Origin: an uncultured Rikenellaceae bacterium
GTDB taxonomy: Bacteria > Bacteroidota > Bacteroidia > Bacteroidales > VadinHA17
Assembly (NCBI GenBank): GCA_963802145.1
Contig: CAWDHN010000009.1
Location: 33,936 to 97,935 of the forward strand
Direction: 5' to 3'
Length of the DNA: 64,000 nucleotides
Position 1 is the first letter of the stretch, and each line of letters starts with the position of its first letter. Below are positions 18,200 through 27,045 of this stretch, piece after piece. A program made the position numbers and the translations under genes. The notes below the pieces were generated by a model, which saw only the letters and a list, made by a program, of their open reading frames with translations, had not been told where the DNA came from and made no database searches.

Positions 18200-19330
18200 A
18201 TGATTACAAAAAATCCTTTTCCGGTAGTCGGATATCACGGATCATCAATGTTTTGTGATAGAGAGAAAGAAACTGATAAGCTTTCGGGAAACCTGCGGAG
18301 TGGTCTTAACACAACACTTATTTCTCTACGAAGAATGGGGAAAACAGCCCTGATTTATCACGTATTTAATGAAATATTAAGAGAAAAGCAGTCGATTTGT
18401 CTGTATGTCGACCTTTATCCTACAAGAAGCATTAAGGATCTTACAAGACAACTGGCAACAGCTTCAATTAATGTGCTTCCCCAAAAAAAATGGGCCGGGA
18501 AGCGGTTTCTTACATTCCTGAAGGGCTTACGGCCGGTTATAACATATGATCCCCTGACCGGAGCACCCGGGGTCAGGTTTGAATACTCCGCGCAGTCAGA
18601 TTATGAGATTACAATCGCCGCTCTGCTGAATTTCCTGAATGACCAGGGAACCGATGTTTATCTTGCCTTTGATGAATTTCAGGTTATTGCGTCTTATGAG
18701 GAGGGTAATGCTGAGGCAATGCTCAGGACGATGATACAACCCCTGAATAATGTTCATTTCCTGTTCAGTGGCAGCAACAGGCATATGATGACTGAAATCT
18801 TCAATAGTTCAAAGAGGCCTTTCTTCGCAAGTACAAGGATAATAAGCCTGCCGCCGATACCAGCGGATAGTTACAGCCGGTTCATTGCGGAGAAGTTTAT
18901 AGAAAATAAAAGAAAAATATCTCCGGAAGCAATCGATTTTGTTTTGGAGTGGACCCGCAGGCATACCTATTATACACAGTCTGTTTGTAACACACTGTTC
19001 AGCTCCGGCGGCAGAGAGATCGATATTCATTCTGTAAAAGAAATTTGTGGAGAAATACTCGATGAACAGGAAAAGACTTTCCTTCAGTACAGGAATCTGC
19101 TTACGGGAAACCAATGGCAGCTCCTTATGGCTGTTGCAAAGGAGGGGAATGTATACAAACCCCATTCAGGGGAGTTTGTCAGCAAGCATTCCCTTGGGAC
19201 ACCTGCATCAATCACAAGAGCAATTGATGCGCTATTGACCAAGGAGATGATTTTTGAGGATAGTGACTCTGGTGGCACATACTATTCCGTTTACGATCTC
19301 TTCCTGTCAAGGTGGCTGGAGAGGCAGTAG
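18200..19330 (+). CDS. ATP-binding protein, PF01637-type (archaeal-ATPase-like) with probable DUF234 C-terminus
   Basis: NPFPVVGY..FCDREKE...LISLRRMGKTALI, DEFQ Walker B-like. A -7 box lies at 18173. Confidence 0.65.
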   Translation: MITKNPFPVVGYHGSSMFCDREKETDKLSGNLRSGLNTTLISLRRMGKTALIYHVFNEILREKQSICLYVDLYPTRSIKDLTRQLATASINVLPQKKWAGKRFLTFLKGLRPVITYDPLTGAPGVRFEYSAQSDYEITIAALLNFLNDQGTDVYLAFDEFQVIASYEEGNAEAMLRTMIQPLNNVHFLFSGSNRHMMTEIFNSSKRPFFASTRIISLPPIPADSYSRFIAEKFIENKRKISPEAIDFVLEWTRRHTYYTQSVCNTLFSSGGREIDIHSVKEICGEILDEQEKTFLQYRNLLTGNQWQLLMAVAKEGNVYKPHSGEFVSKHSLGTPASITRAIDALLTKEMIFEDSDSGGTYYSVYDLFLSRWLERQ

Positions 19331-19374
19331 TCCAGTCTTCAGTCGGCAATAATCTATTTATCAATTACTTGACA

Positions 19375-19395
19375 CTACTTCCTACTGCCTACTGC
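19375..19395 (+). repeat. Heptamer x 3 (CTACTTC CTACTGC CTACTGC)
   Basis: Read directly in the convergent ATPase/gldA spacer. Confidence 0.7.
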
Positions 19396-19413
19396 CTTCT
19401 GCTGGAAGCAGGC

Positions 19414-20124
19414 TTATTTCCCGGTCAGTTGCCGGAAGGTCTCCTCGAGGCGGGCGCCGGCGAGGGAGGAGATCTCGTCAATGGGGCCGTCGGCCACGAT
19501 ATGGCCGTGGTCAATGATGATGACCCGGCTGCAGATGGCCTCCACCTCCTGCATGATATGGGTTGAGAGCATCACCGTCTTTGCGCGTCCGGCCTCGGAG
19601 ATAAGGCTTCGTATCTCCACAATCTGGTTGGGGTCGAGGCCGGTGGTGGCCTCGTCGAGGATCAGCACCTGCGGATCATGTATCAGCGCCTGCGCCAGTC
19701 CTACCCGCTGCCTGTATCCCTTTGACAGGGCCCCGATCTTCTTTCCCTGCTCGGGGGTCAGTCCCGTGCGTTCAATGACGGAGTTCACTGCCTCCCTGCC
19801 CTTACTGCCCATCCGGTAGAGGTCAGCAACGTATCCGAGGTACTCGCGGACATACATCTCAGTATAAAGAGGATTGTTTTCAGGCAGGTAACCAATCAGC
19901 CTTTTCATCTCCGTGGCGCCCGGTCCTGCCGGGAGGTCGCATACAGAGACATTGCCAGTATCGGCAGAAAAAAAGCCGGTGATGATCTTCATCATCGTCG
20001 ACTTGCCGGCGCCGTTGGGGCCGATGAAACCGACTATTTCACCGGCAGGAATGGTGAATGAGACGTCATCCAGGGCCTTCTGGTGACCGTAGCTCTTTGT
20101 TACATTACTGACAACGATGGACAT
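19414..20124 (-). CDS. gldA: ABC transporter ATP-binding protein, GldA-like
   Basis: Close resemblance, from memory, to the Flavobacterium GldA N-terminal 230 aa (GPNGAGKSTMMKI, IGYLPENNPLY, LSKGYRQRVGLAQAL, STHIMQEVEAIC). Confidence 0.6.
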   Translation of the reverse strand: MSIVVSNVTKSYGHQKALDDVSFTIPAGEIVGFIGPNGAGKSTMMKIITGFFSADTGNVSVCDLPAGPGATEMKRLIGYLPENNPLYTEMYVREYLGYVADLYRMGSKGREAVNSVIERTGLTPEQGKKIGALSKGYRQRVGLAQALIHDPQVLILDEATTGLDPNQIVEIRSLISEAGRAKTVMLSTHIMQEVEAICSRVIIIDHGHIVADGPIDEISSLAGARLEETFRQLTGK

Positions 20125-20142
20125 GCAGAGGAATTGTCGATT

Positions 20143-20310
20143 ATTTGCGATTTGCGATTTGCGACTGTCGAATGGGATTTGCGATTTGCGATTGCCGAAT
20201 GGAATTTACGATTGTAATTTGGGATTGTCGAATGGGATTTGCGATTTGGGACTGTCGAATTGCTTAAAGTATCTATAAATCGAAAATCGAAAATCTCCAA
20301 TCGCAAATTC
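20143..20310. repeat. Degenerate heptamer array (ATTTGCG-like, ~19 units, ~30-bp higher-order period) with a short inverted arm
   Basis: Left arm 20143-20263. Right arm 20278-20310 (AATCGAA AATCGAA AATCTCC AATCGCA) is the reverse-complement permutation of the unit. Confidence 0.8.
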
Positions 20311-21152
20311 TATCCATACATGAACTGCCCGATGTTGGCAAACGCCGACGACGGGTTCACGCAACAGACGGGTATCTTTGAGCTGTTGGCAATGATCTCC
20401 TGTTCCTTGGCACCTATAACATAGTCTGCGAAGGTGATGTCCTTGGTGGTCATTATAAGTATGAGGTCAGCCTTAAGCTCCTGTGCCACCTCAATTGTCT
20501 TCTCTGCCAGCTTGTCTGAGGGCACCTCCTTGATATCATACTCTATATTGTTCTGTATGAGCATCCTCACTGTATAGTTGAGATTCAGGTTGGCCTTTTT
20601 GGCCAGCGACTCATCCTTCCTGGTAGCCTTCAGAATATGGACCTTGGAATCAAAGTACTTGCCCATGAAGATAGCCATTGAGAGCTTCTCCTTCTCTTCT
20701 GAACGCCAGTCGATGGGGCAGACGATATTGTGATACCTCTCCTGGTCAGCAGGTGGCGCCTGGACCACAATGTACGGAACCTTTGATTTGGCGATGACCT
20801 TCAGCGCCCAGCTGCCGGTCAGCTTCTGCATGCCGCTCATGCCGTGGGTCCCCATCACCACCAGCGATGCACCGCGGTCATTGACGAACTCCGGTATCTG
20901 CTTGAAGATAGTGCCGCGCGTGACGTGGGTCTTGACCTTTACCCCGAAGTTGCGCTCAACCTCGCTCCCCTTGATGTTCATCGCCGCCTGCTTGGCCTTG
21001 ATGCCACCTTCGGAGGTAATCTTCTCAACGATGTGCAGAAGGCAGACGTCATTGTGCGTCATGCGTGATATCTTAATGGCATGCTGCAATGCATAATCCG
21101 TCACCGGAGTGAAATCCCATGGCACTACAATTATCTTGCTGTCGACTTCCAT
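20310..21152 (-). CDS. Universal stress protein family, tandem Usp domains
   Basis: 280 aa with two Usp-like halves (IIVVPWDFT..LLHIV..GASLVVMGTHG; DLILIMT). Confidence 0.75.
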   Translation of the reverse strand: MEVDSKIIVVPWDFTPVTDYALQHAIKISRMTHNDVCLLHIVEKITSEGGIKAKQAAMNIKGSEVERNFGVKVKTHVTRGTIFKQIPEFVNDRGASLVVMGTHGMSGMQKLTGSWALKVIAKSKVPYIVVQAPPADQERYHNIVCPIDWRSEEKEKLSMAIFMGKYFDSKVHILKATRKDESLAKKANLNLNYTVRMLIQNNIEYDIKEVPSDKLAEKTIEVAQELKADLILIMTTKDITFADYVIGAKEQEIIANSSKIPVCCVNPSSAFANIGQFMYG

Positions 21153-21254
21153 AATGTACGCGTTTTCAGTTTGAAAGGTAAAATTATCCTTTTTTGATGA
21201 TAATTCAAATAGACCGTATCTTAAGTGTAACGCTCACTCCATGGGAAAAATTGC

Positions 21255-21268
21255 TTTTGTGCACAAAA
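21255..21268. promoter_or_regulatory. 14-bp perfect palindrome in the usp/asnS divergent region
   Basis: TTTTGTGCACAAAA read directly. Confidence 0.5.
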
Positions 21269-21315
21269 ACAGTGCCATTTGTGAACAGGGCACTACAGGA
21301 AGAGGAACAAAATGC

Positions 21316-21323
21316 TATTTTTG
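21316..21323 (+). promoter_or_regulatory. -7 box for asnS
   Basis: TATTTTTG, ending 24 nt before the ATG. Confidence 0.45.
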
Positions 21324-21346
21324 TGAGGATAATGCTTTGATTACAT

Positions 21347-22735
21347 ATGAAGAGGAAAAGAGTAAAGGAACTGCTGGCAAGTCCGGTCACGGGCGAGAAG
21401 GTGCTGGTCAAGGGATGGGTCAGGACAAAGAGGGAGATCAAGAATGTTGCCTTCGTTGCCCTCAATGACGGTTCAACGATAAACAACATACAGATAGTCA
21501 TAGAGCTCGGCTCTTTCCCGGCGGATCTGATTAAGGATATAACCACAGGTGCAAGCATCGGGGTGACGGGCACCCTTGAGCCGTCACAGGGCAAGGGACA
21601 GAGCGTTGAGATTCAGGCTTCAGACCTCACTCTCTACGGCAAGTGTGATCCGGACAGTTATCCGCTGCAGAAGAAGGGACACTCGATGGAGTTCCTGAGG
21701 GAGATAGCCCACCTTCGTTTCCGCACCAACACCTTCGGCGCGGTGATGCGCATAAGGCATGCCATGGCTTTTGCCATACACAAGTATTACAATGACAGGG
21801 GGTTCTTTTACCTCCATACGCCTATCATCACCGGCAGTGATGCCGAGGGAGCGGGAGAGATGTTCCATGTCACGACACTTGACATGAACGATCCGCCACG
21901 CACGAAGGATGGCGCCATTGATTTTGAAACCGACTTCTTCGGCAAGCCCACCAACCTTACCGTGAGCGGGCAGCTCGAGGGCGAGCTCGGTGCCCTGGCG
22001 CTGGGTGAGATCTATACCTTCGGCCCTACCTTCCGCGCGGAGAACTCAAACACTCCCCGCCACCTGGCAGAGTTCTGGATGATTGAGCCGGAGATGGCAT
22101 TCTGGGACCTGAATGACAACATGGACCTGGCCGAGGATTTCCTCAAGTATCTAATAAGGTATGCCCTTGACAACTGCAGGGAGGATCTTGAGTTCCTGAA
22201 CAAGATGATTGACACCGCTCTCATTGAGAGGCTGGAGTTTGTCGTTGCCAACGATTTCGTGAGGCTGCCCTATACCGAGGCGATTAAGATCCTCGAGGCT
22301 GCTGACCGCAAGTGGGAGTATGCCGTAGGCTGGGGGCGTGATCTCCAGGCTGAGCATGAGCGCTATCTTGTCGAGACACATTTCAGGCGTCCGGTGATAC
22401 TGACCGACTATCCGAAAGCTATCAAGGCCTTCTACATGAAAGCGAACGACGACGGCCTTACGGTAAGGGCAATGGATGTCCTGTTCCCGGGGATAGGCGA
22501 GATAATAGGCGGTTCCCAGAGGGAGGAGGAGCTTGACAAGCTGACAAAGAGGATTGAGGAGATGAACCTGCCAGTCAAGGATTTGTGGTGGTATCTTGAC
22601 ACGCGGAGGTTCGGTACGGCACCCCACTCGGGCTTCGGCCTCGGGTTTGAGCGTCTGATCCTGTTTATGACAGGGATGTCGAATATACGTGACGTGATAC
22701 CATTCCCGCGCACGCCGCGGAATGCCGAGTTTTAG
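21347..22735 (+). CDS. asnS: Asparagine--tRNA ligase
   Basis: Class II aaRS motifs ([30 protein letters not shown]) and an N-terminal OB fold. Confidence 0.93.
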   Translation: MKRKRVKELLASPVTGEKVLVKGWVRTKREIKNVAFVALNDGSTINNIQIVIELGSFPADLIKDITTGASIGVTGTLEPSQGKGQSVEIQASDLTLYGKCDPDSYPLQKKGHSMEFLREIAHLRFRTNTFGAVMRIRHAMAFAIHKYYNDRGFFYLHTPIITGSDAEGAGEMFHVTTLDMNDPPRTKDGAIDFETDFFGKPTNLTVSGQLEGELGALALGEIYTFGPTFRAENSNTPRHLAEFWMIEPEMAFWDLNDNMDLAEDFLKYLIRYALDNCREDLEFLNKMIDTALIERLEFVVANDFVRLPYTEAIKILEAADRKWEYAVGWGRDLQAEHERYLVETHFRRPVILTDYPKAIKAFYMKANDDGLTVRAMDVLFPGIGEIIGGSQREEELDKLTKRIEEMNLPVKDLWWYLDTRRFGTAPHSGFGLGFERLILFMTGMSNIRDVIPFPRTPRNAEF

Positions 22736-22755
22736 AGTACAGAACAACAGGCGTT

Positions 22756-24216
22756 ATGCTCGACCAGAGGTTACAACAGAAGCTGCTCCAGAAGCTGTCA
22801 CCCCAGCAGATCCAGATGATCAAGCTGCTGGAGGTGCCTGCCATGCAGCTCGAGCAGCGGATAAAGAAGGAGCTGGAAGAGAATCCCGCCCTGGAGGAGG
22901 GTCCTGATGAAGAAGAAGTGCAGGGCGAGGAAGAGGAGGATATCGACATTGAACAGGAAGAACGCGACCAGGAGGAGTTTGCCCTTGACGATTATCTCAA
23001 CGACGAGGATATTCCTGACTACCGCCTCCAGGTGAACAACACCTCCAGGGACGATGACAGGAGGGATGAGATACCGTACGCCTCGGGATCATCATTCCAT
23101 GAGAACCTGACATCACAGTTCGCACTCAGAAGCGACACCGACAGAGAGGATATTCTTGGTGAATATATTATCGGCAACATTGACGACGACGGTTATCTGC
23201 GGCGCGAGATCGAGAACATGGTTGACGACCTTGCCTTCCTGCAGAACATAACCACGGATGTCAATGAGCTTAACGCGATACTGAAGATCATCCAGGACCT
23301 TGAGCCTGCAGGGGTTGGGGCGCGCGACCTGCGCGAGTGCCTGTTGCTGCAGATAGAGAGGAAGGACCAGTCAGTGCCCTCCGTGGCCCTCACCCGAACC
23401 GTCCTGAGTGATTACTTTGAAGAGTTCTCGCGCAGGCATTATGAAAAGATAATGGCCAAACTGATGATCAGCGAGGAGGATATGAAGGGCGTTATCGACG
23501 AGGTGTTAAAGCTCAATCCCAAGCCGGGAGGAACCGTCAGCGATCCTTACAGCAGATCGGCGCAGCAGATCATCCCTGACTTCATTCTCGATCAGTCGGA
23601 CAACGGGTTCGAGCTGAGCCTGAACAACCGCAACGTGCCGGAGCTGAAGGTCAACCGGGGTTACAGTGAGATGCTTGAGTCATACAGCCGTGACAAGGCG
23701 GCAGGCAAGTCGAACCGTGACGCCATATTGTTCGTGAAGCAGAAGCTTGACTCCGCCAGATGGTTCATTGATGCCATGAAGCAGCGCCAGAACACCCTTC
23801 TGCTGACCATGAATGCCATCCTGGCATATCAGAAGGAGTATTTCGTGGAGGGTGATGACACCAAGCTCCGGCCGATGATTCTAAAGGATGTGGCTGAGAT
23901 GACCGGGCTTGACATCTCCACCGTATCGCGTGTCGCCAACAGCAAGTATATACAGACCCATTTCGGCATCTATCCGCTGAAGTTCTTCTTCTCCGAGGGA
24001 ATGCAGACCGACGCCGGAGACGAGGTCTCGACACGGGAGATAAAGAGGATACTGCAGGAGTGCCTCGGCAATGAGGACAAGCGGCGCCCGCTTACTGACG
24101 AAAAACTGACCGAGATACTCCAGGAGAAGGGGTACCAGATAGCGCGACGGACGGTCGCCAAGTACCGTGAACAGCTGAACATTCCTGTTGCCAGGATGAG
24201 GAAGGAGATAAAATGA
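22756..24216 (+). CDS. rpoN: RNA polymerase sigma-54 factor
   Basis: N-terminal LQQKLSPQQIQ, an acidic linker, and C-terminal ARRTVAKYRE (RpoN box). Confidence 0.93.
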   Translation: MLDQRLQQKLLQKLSPQQIQMIKLLEVPAMQLEQRIKKELEENPALEEGPDEEEVQGEEEEDIDIEQEERDQEEFALDDYLNDEDIPDYRLQVNNTSRDDDRRDEIPYASGSSFHENLTSQFALRSDTDREDILGEYIIGNIDDDGYLRREIENMVDDLAFLQNITTDVNELNAILKIIQDLEPAGVGARDLRECLLLQIERKDQSVPSVALTRTVLSDYFEEFSRRHYEKIMAKLMISEEDMKGVIDEVLKLNPKPGGTVSDPYSRSAQQIIPDFILDQSDNGFELSLNNRNVPELKVNRGYSEMLESYSRDKAAGKSNRDAILFVKQKLDSARWFIDAMKQRQNTLLLTMNAILAYQKEYFVEGDDTKLRPMILKDVAEMTGLDISTVSRVANSKYIQTHFGIYPLKFFFSEGMQTDAGDEVSTREIKRILQECLGNEDKRRPLTDEKLTEILQEKGYQIARRTVAKYREQLNIPVARMRKEIK

Positions 24217-24848
24217 CCCCCGGTGAAAAGAGCCTGCTGACGAAAGCGGCAGAGGTACTCTCAGTGTTATTCCATCCGTTATTCATTCCCCTGTACGGAT
24301 TGCTGATCATCTACAGCTCTCCCACGCTTCTCTCCTTCATTCCCTCAAAACTGAAGAGCCTGATTTTTGTGCTGGTGGTTGCCAACAACGTCATTCTGCC
24401 TCTGACGCTGGCAGCCATTCTCTATGTCAGGGGAGTAATAACCACTTTCAATGCCCGTGACCGCAACGAGCGGGTCATACTGCTCACCTTCGCCCTGATG
24501 ATGTATACCCTGACTGCCTGGCTTCTTCTGAGGATGCAGGTGCCCAACCTGTTCAGGGCATACTTCATATCCATTGCCGTCGTCACGCTCATCACACTTC
24601 TGATCACCACTTTTTACAGGATATCGCTGCATGCTGCCGGCATCGGAGGACTGCTTGTGCTTATAGTATCAATGATAGTGTTTTATGATATTACAACGGT
24701 ATGGCAGCTGTCAACGGTGGTGGTGGCAGGCGGGGCAGTGATGTCGTCAAGGATTTATCTTGACGATCACACTCCGTCAGAGGTGTGGATCGGGTTGTTT
24801 GCCGGGGCAGCGGTGATGGCGCTGTCACTCTTTATTCTGCTGAAGTAA
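24213..24848 (+). CDS. Polytopic membrane protein, PAP2-superfamily-like
   Basis: ATGA overlap with the rpoN stop. Six hydrophobic segments. SRIYLDDHTPSE fits the SRx5Hx3[DE] motif. Confidence 0.45.
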   Translation: MTPGEKSLLTKAAEVLSVLFHPLFIPLYGLLIIYSSPTLLSFIPSKLKSLIFVLVVANNVILPLTLAAILYVRGVITTFNARDRNERVILLTFALMMYTLTAWLLLRMQVPNLFRAYFISIAVVTLITLLITTFYRISLHAAGIGGLLVLIVSMIVFYDITTVWQLSTVVVAGGAVMSSRIYLDDHTPSEVWIGLFAGAAVMALSLFILLK

Positions 24849-26231
24849 GAGGTTTATCGCCTTCCCGAATAGCTGTTTGCTGTCAGGAAGCGGCGGCGGC
24901 GGAGTTTCAACTCCGGGACCGCCTTCAGGAAGCGATGGCGAAGCATTGTCAGACAACGGATCGCTGCCGGCCATTTGATGCACAGCGCGATCAATAACTT
25001 CTACTCTGTCAGCAGGTGCAGACCTGGAATCTGATGGAGCTGCAAATTCAAATTGATTCAGCCGGTTGATTTTATTCTGCCTGACAGAGACGAATCCATA
25101 TTGCCCGTTGAGGTAATCGCCAAGATACTCCTGCTCCGGCTGACCGGGTGTAGGTATCAGTACCGCCCCCTTGCCGAGTGATGCCAGTTCCATGACGGAG
25201 GTATACCCTGCCCTGGTGATTACCAGAGAGCTTCCTGTTATCAAACGCCGCATTGTCTCTGTATCAGGCTTTATCATGAATGTAATGCCGGGTTCACTCT
25301 TTGGGGTCGTCTGAATCGGTGATGCGCTCAGCACGAAAATTCGGATGCCGGGGAGGGCTGCAGAGACTTTCTCCAGCAGCATGGAACGCTGCGGCTCCGG
25401 CCCGGAGAGGATCAGGCAGCAGTATGGCCCGGGAGGGGTGTCATCGTCTTCCGGCTGGTCCGGCATCGTGTGCCCTGACATGGCCGTATGCATCGATAAC
25501 CCTTGCAGGTCCGACGTCGCTCCGAACCCCGGATGGGTCGTTGGCATCGTTGACCCTGACATGGCCGTATGCATCGATAACCCTTGCAGGTCCGACGTCG
25601 CTCCGAACCCCGGATGGGTCGTTGGCATCGTTGACCCTGACAGGTTCTCCGGCATCCTGAACCTTGACAGCGGCCCCATATAATGTATATTACCCGGAAC
25701 CTTCAGGTCATGCGAGAGCCTGCCGGAGAGGTTCACCGGTCCCGGGTAGTCGGGCACCAGGCACAGGTCGTACCTGCGGATTATCATCCTATGGAGCCAC
25801 GCCGCCAAGGGCTCCATAAAAAATAATAGCCGCGGGAACGGTATACGCACCTGGTGGGTGACATAGACCGAGAATATCTCCCTGTGAAAGAAACCGAACC
25901 GGTTATCGGATATGATGATCGTTGGCTTAAGCTGCTCAGCCAGGCGGATGAGAAGGCGGTGTTCCCGGACAGCATGGTAGAGCACCAGCGGCAGCTGAAG
26001 GAAGATGCTCAGATACTGGGGCAGACAGCGGGAATAACTTATACGCAGCCCGGGGATCTCAACCAGCTTAATTCCGGGGAGCTCATTCTCTATCAGCGGG
26101 AGGAGGGCGGCATCTGCCCCGAATATGACCTCGTTGCCTCTCTTTTGCAGCTCCCTGGCCAGAGGAATCATCCGTCCGGCATGGCCGAAGCCCCAGTTCA
26201 GCGGGCTTATCAGGATCGTTGCGCCGCTCAT
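24825..26231 (-). CDS. Glycosyltransferase (GT28 / MurG-like fold) with a duplicated linker insert and a Pro-rich tail
   Basis: N-terminal ISPLNWGFGHAGRMIPLAREL. C-half GYTSVMELASLGKGAVLIPTPGQPEQ. Internal perfect 27-aa duplication. Confidence 0.65.
   Translation of the reverse strand: MSGATILISPLNWGFGHAGRMIPLARELQKRGNEVIFGADAALLPLIENELPGIKLVEIPGLRISYSRCLPQYLSIFLQLPLVLYHAVREHRLLIRLAEQLKPTIIISDNRFGFFHREIFSVYVTHQVRIPFPRLLFFMEPLAAWLHRMIIRRYDLCLVPDYPGPVNLSGRLSHDLKVPGNIHYMGPLSRFRMPENLSGSTMPTTHPGFGATSDLQGLSMHTAMSGSTMPTTHPGFGATSDLQGLSMHTAMSGHTMPDQPEDDDTPPGPYCCLILSGPEPQRSMLLEKVSAALPGIRIFVLSASPIQTTPKSEPGITFMIKPDTETMRRLITGSSLVITRAGYTSVMELASLGKGAVLIPTPGQPEQEYLGDYLNGQYGFVSVRQNKINRLNQFEFAAPSDSRSAPADRVEVIDRAVHQMAGSDPLSDNASPSLPEGGPGVETPPPPLPDSKQLFGKAINLLLQQNKE
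25473..25642 (-). repeat. 81-bp perfect tandem duplication (2.1 copies) inside the glycosyltransferase gene
   Basis: 25473-25553 and 25554-25634 are identical. The next 8 nt restart the unit. Confidence 0.9.
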
Positions 26232-26236
26232 GGGGG

Positions 26237-27019
26237 TTACCCTGACACTGATGTGCTTATCCCGAGGGCCTGAACCCTGCCGGCGATCGTCTCAAGCTCT
26301 GCCACCGGTACTTTCTTCAGGTTGCTGCCGGCAGGCGTATCGCGGTCGATAGTATAGATCATGACCGACTGCGGCCTGAGTCTTGCAATGGCCTCAAGCC
26401 AGGCATCAGTCTCTTCGGGAGTGGTGTTGTCAACGGTCGCGCCGTTGCATTCGCCTCTCACAAAGAGTGTCTGTATAATGAATCGTCCGTCAAAGTCCTT
26501 CACATACTGTTCAAATTTTGCGAGACCGACGGTGTTGCGAGGCTGGTTCAGCCTTTTTACCGTTGAGGGGATGACTGAATCAAGTTTCAGGACATTCATA
26601 TCGACCTTCTTCAGGGCCTCACGCACGCTCTTGCGGCGGAGTGTTGATCCGTTGGAGAGCACCGATATCCTGGCCTTCGGGAAGTATTCATTCCGCAGGG
26701 CGACGGAGTCATCGATGATGGCAGCGAAATCAGGGTGCAGCGTAGGTTCACCGTTACCTGCATAGGTTATGACATCAGGAGCTTTACCCTGCTCCTTCAT
26801 CTCAGACAGTTTTATTCTCAGGGCTTCACTGACGGCAGAGCGGGATGGCAGTGCCGATGATCCGCCACTCACTCCGGAAGTCCATCCGCATTCGCAATAG
26901 ATGCAGTTGAAGGAGCACACCTTACGGCTGACCGGCAGCAGGTTGATTCCCAGAGATACTCCCAGCCTGCGGCTGCGTACCGGTCCGAACACTATGCTGT
27001 CAAAAAGGAATGTGGGCAT
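26237..27019 (-). CDS. Radical SAM protein of unknown function
   Basis: FGPVRSRRLGVSLGINLLP and the CSFNCIYC (Cx3Cx2C) cluster motif. Confidence 0.75.
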   Translation of the reverse strand: MPTFLFDSIVFGPVRSRRLGVSLGINLLPVSRKVCSFNCIYCECGWTSGVSGGSSALPSRSAVSEALRIKLSEMKEQGKAPDVITYAGNGEPTLHPDFAAIIDDSVALRNEYFPKARISVLSNGSTLRRKSVREALKKVDMNVLKLDSVIPSTVKRLNQPRNTVGLAKFEQYVKDFDGRFIIQTLFVRGECNGATVDNTTPEETDAWLEAIARLRPQSVMIYTIDRDTPAGSNLKKVPVAELETIAGRVQALGISTSVSG

Positions 27020-27045
27020 CAGACAGTGCTTTTAGGTGTTCAAAT

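Noticed and set aside
20100-20306. 68-aa minus-strand ORF with NRKSHST repeats upstream of gldA.
   Set aside because: It is simply the translation of the heptamer DNA array, and it overlaps the gldA start out of frame.
24825-24848. 24-bp overlap between the 3' ends of the convergent PAP2-like and glycosyltransferase genes, considered as a regulatory antisense arrangement.
   Set aside because: The overlap involves only a low-complexity, non-conserved tail of the glycosyltransferase. It is most simply explained by a late stop codon, and nothing else supports a function.
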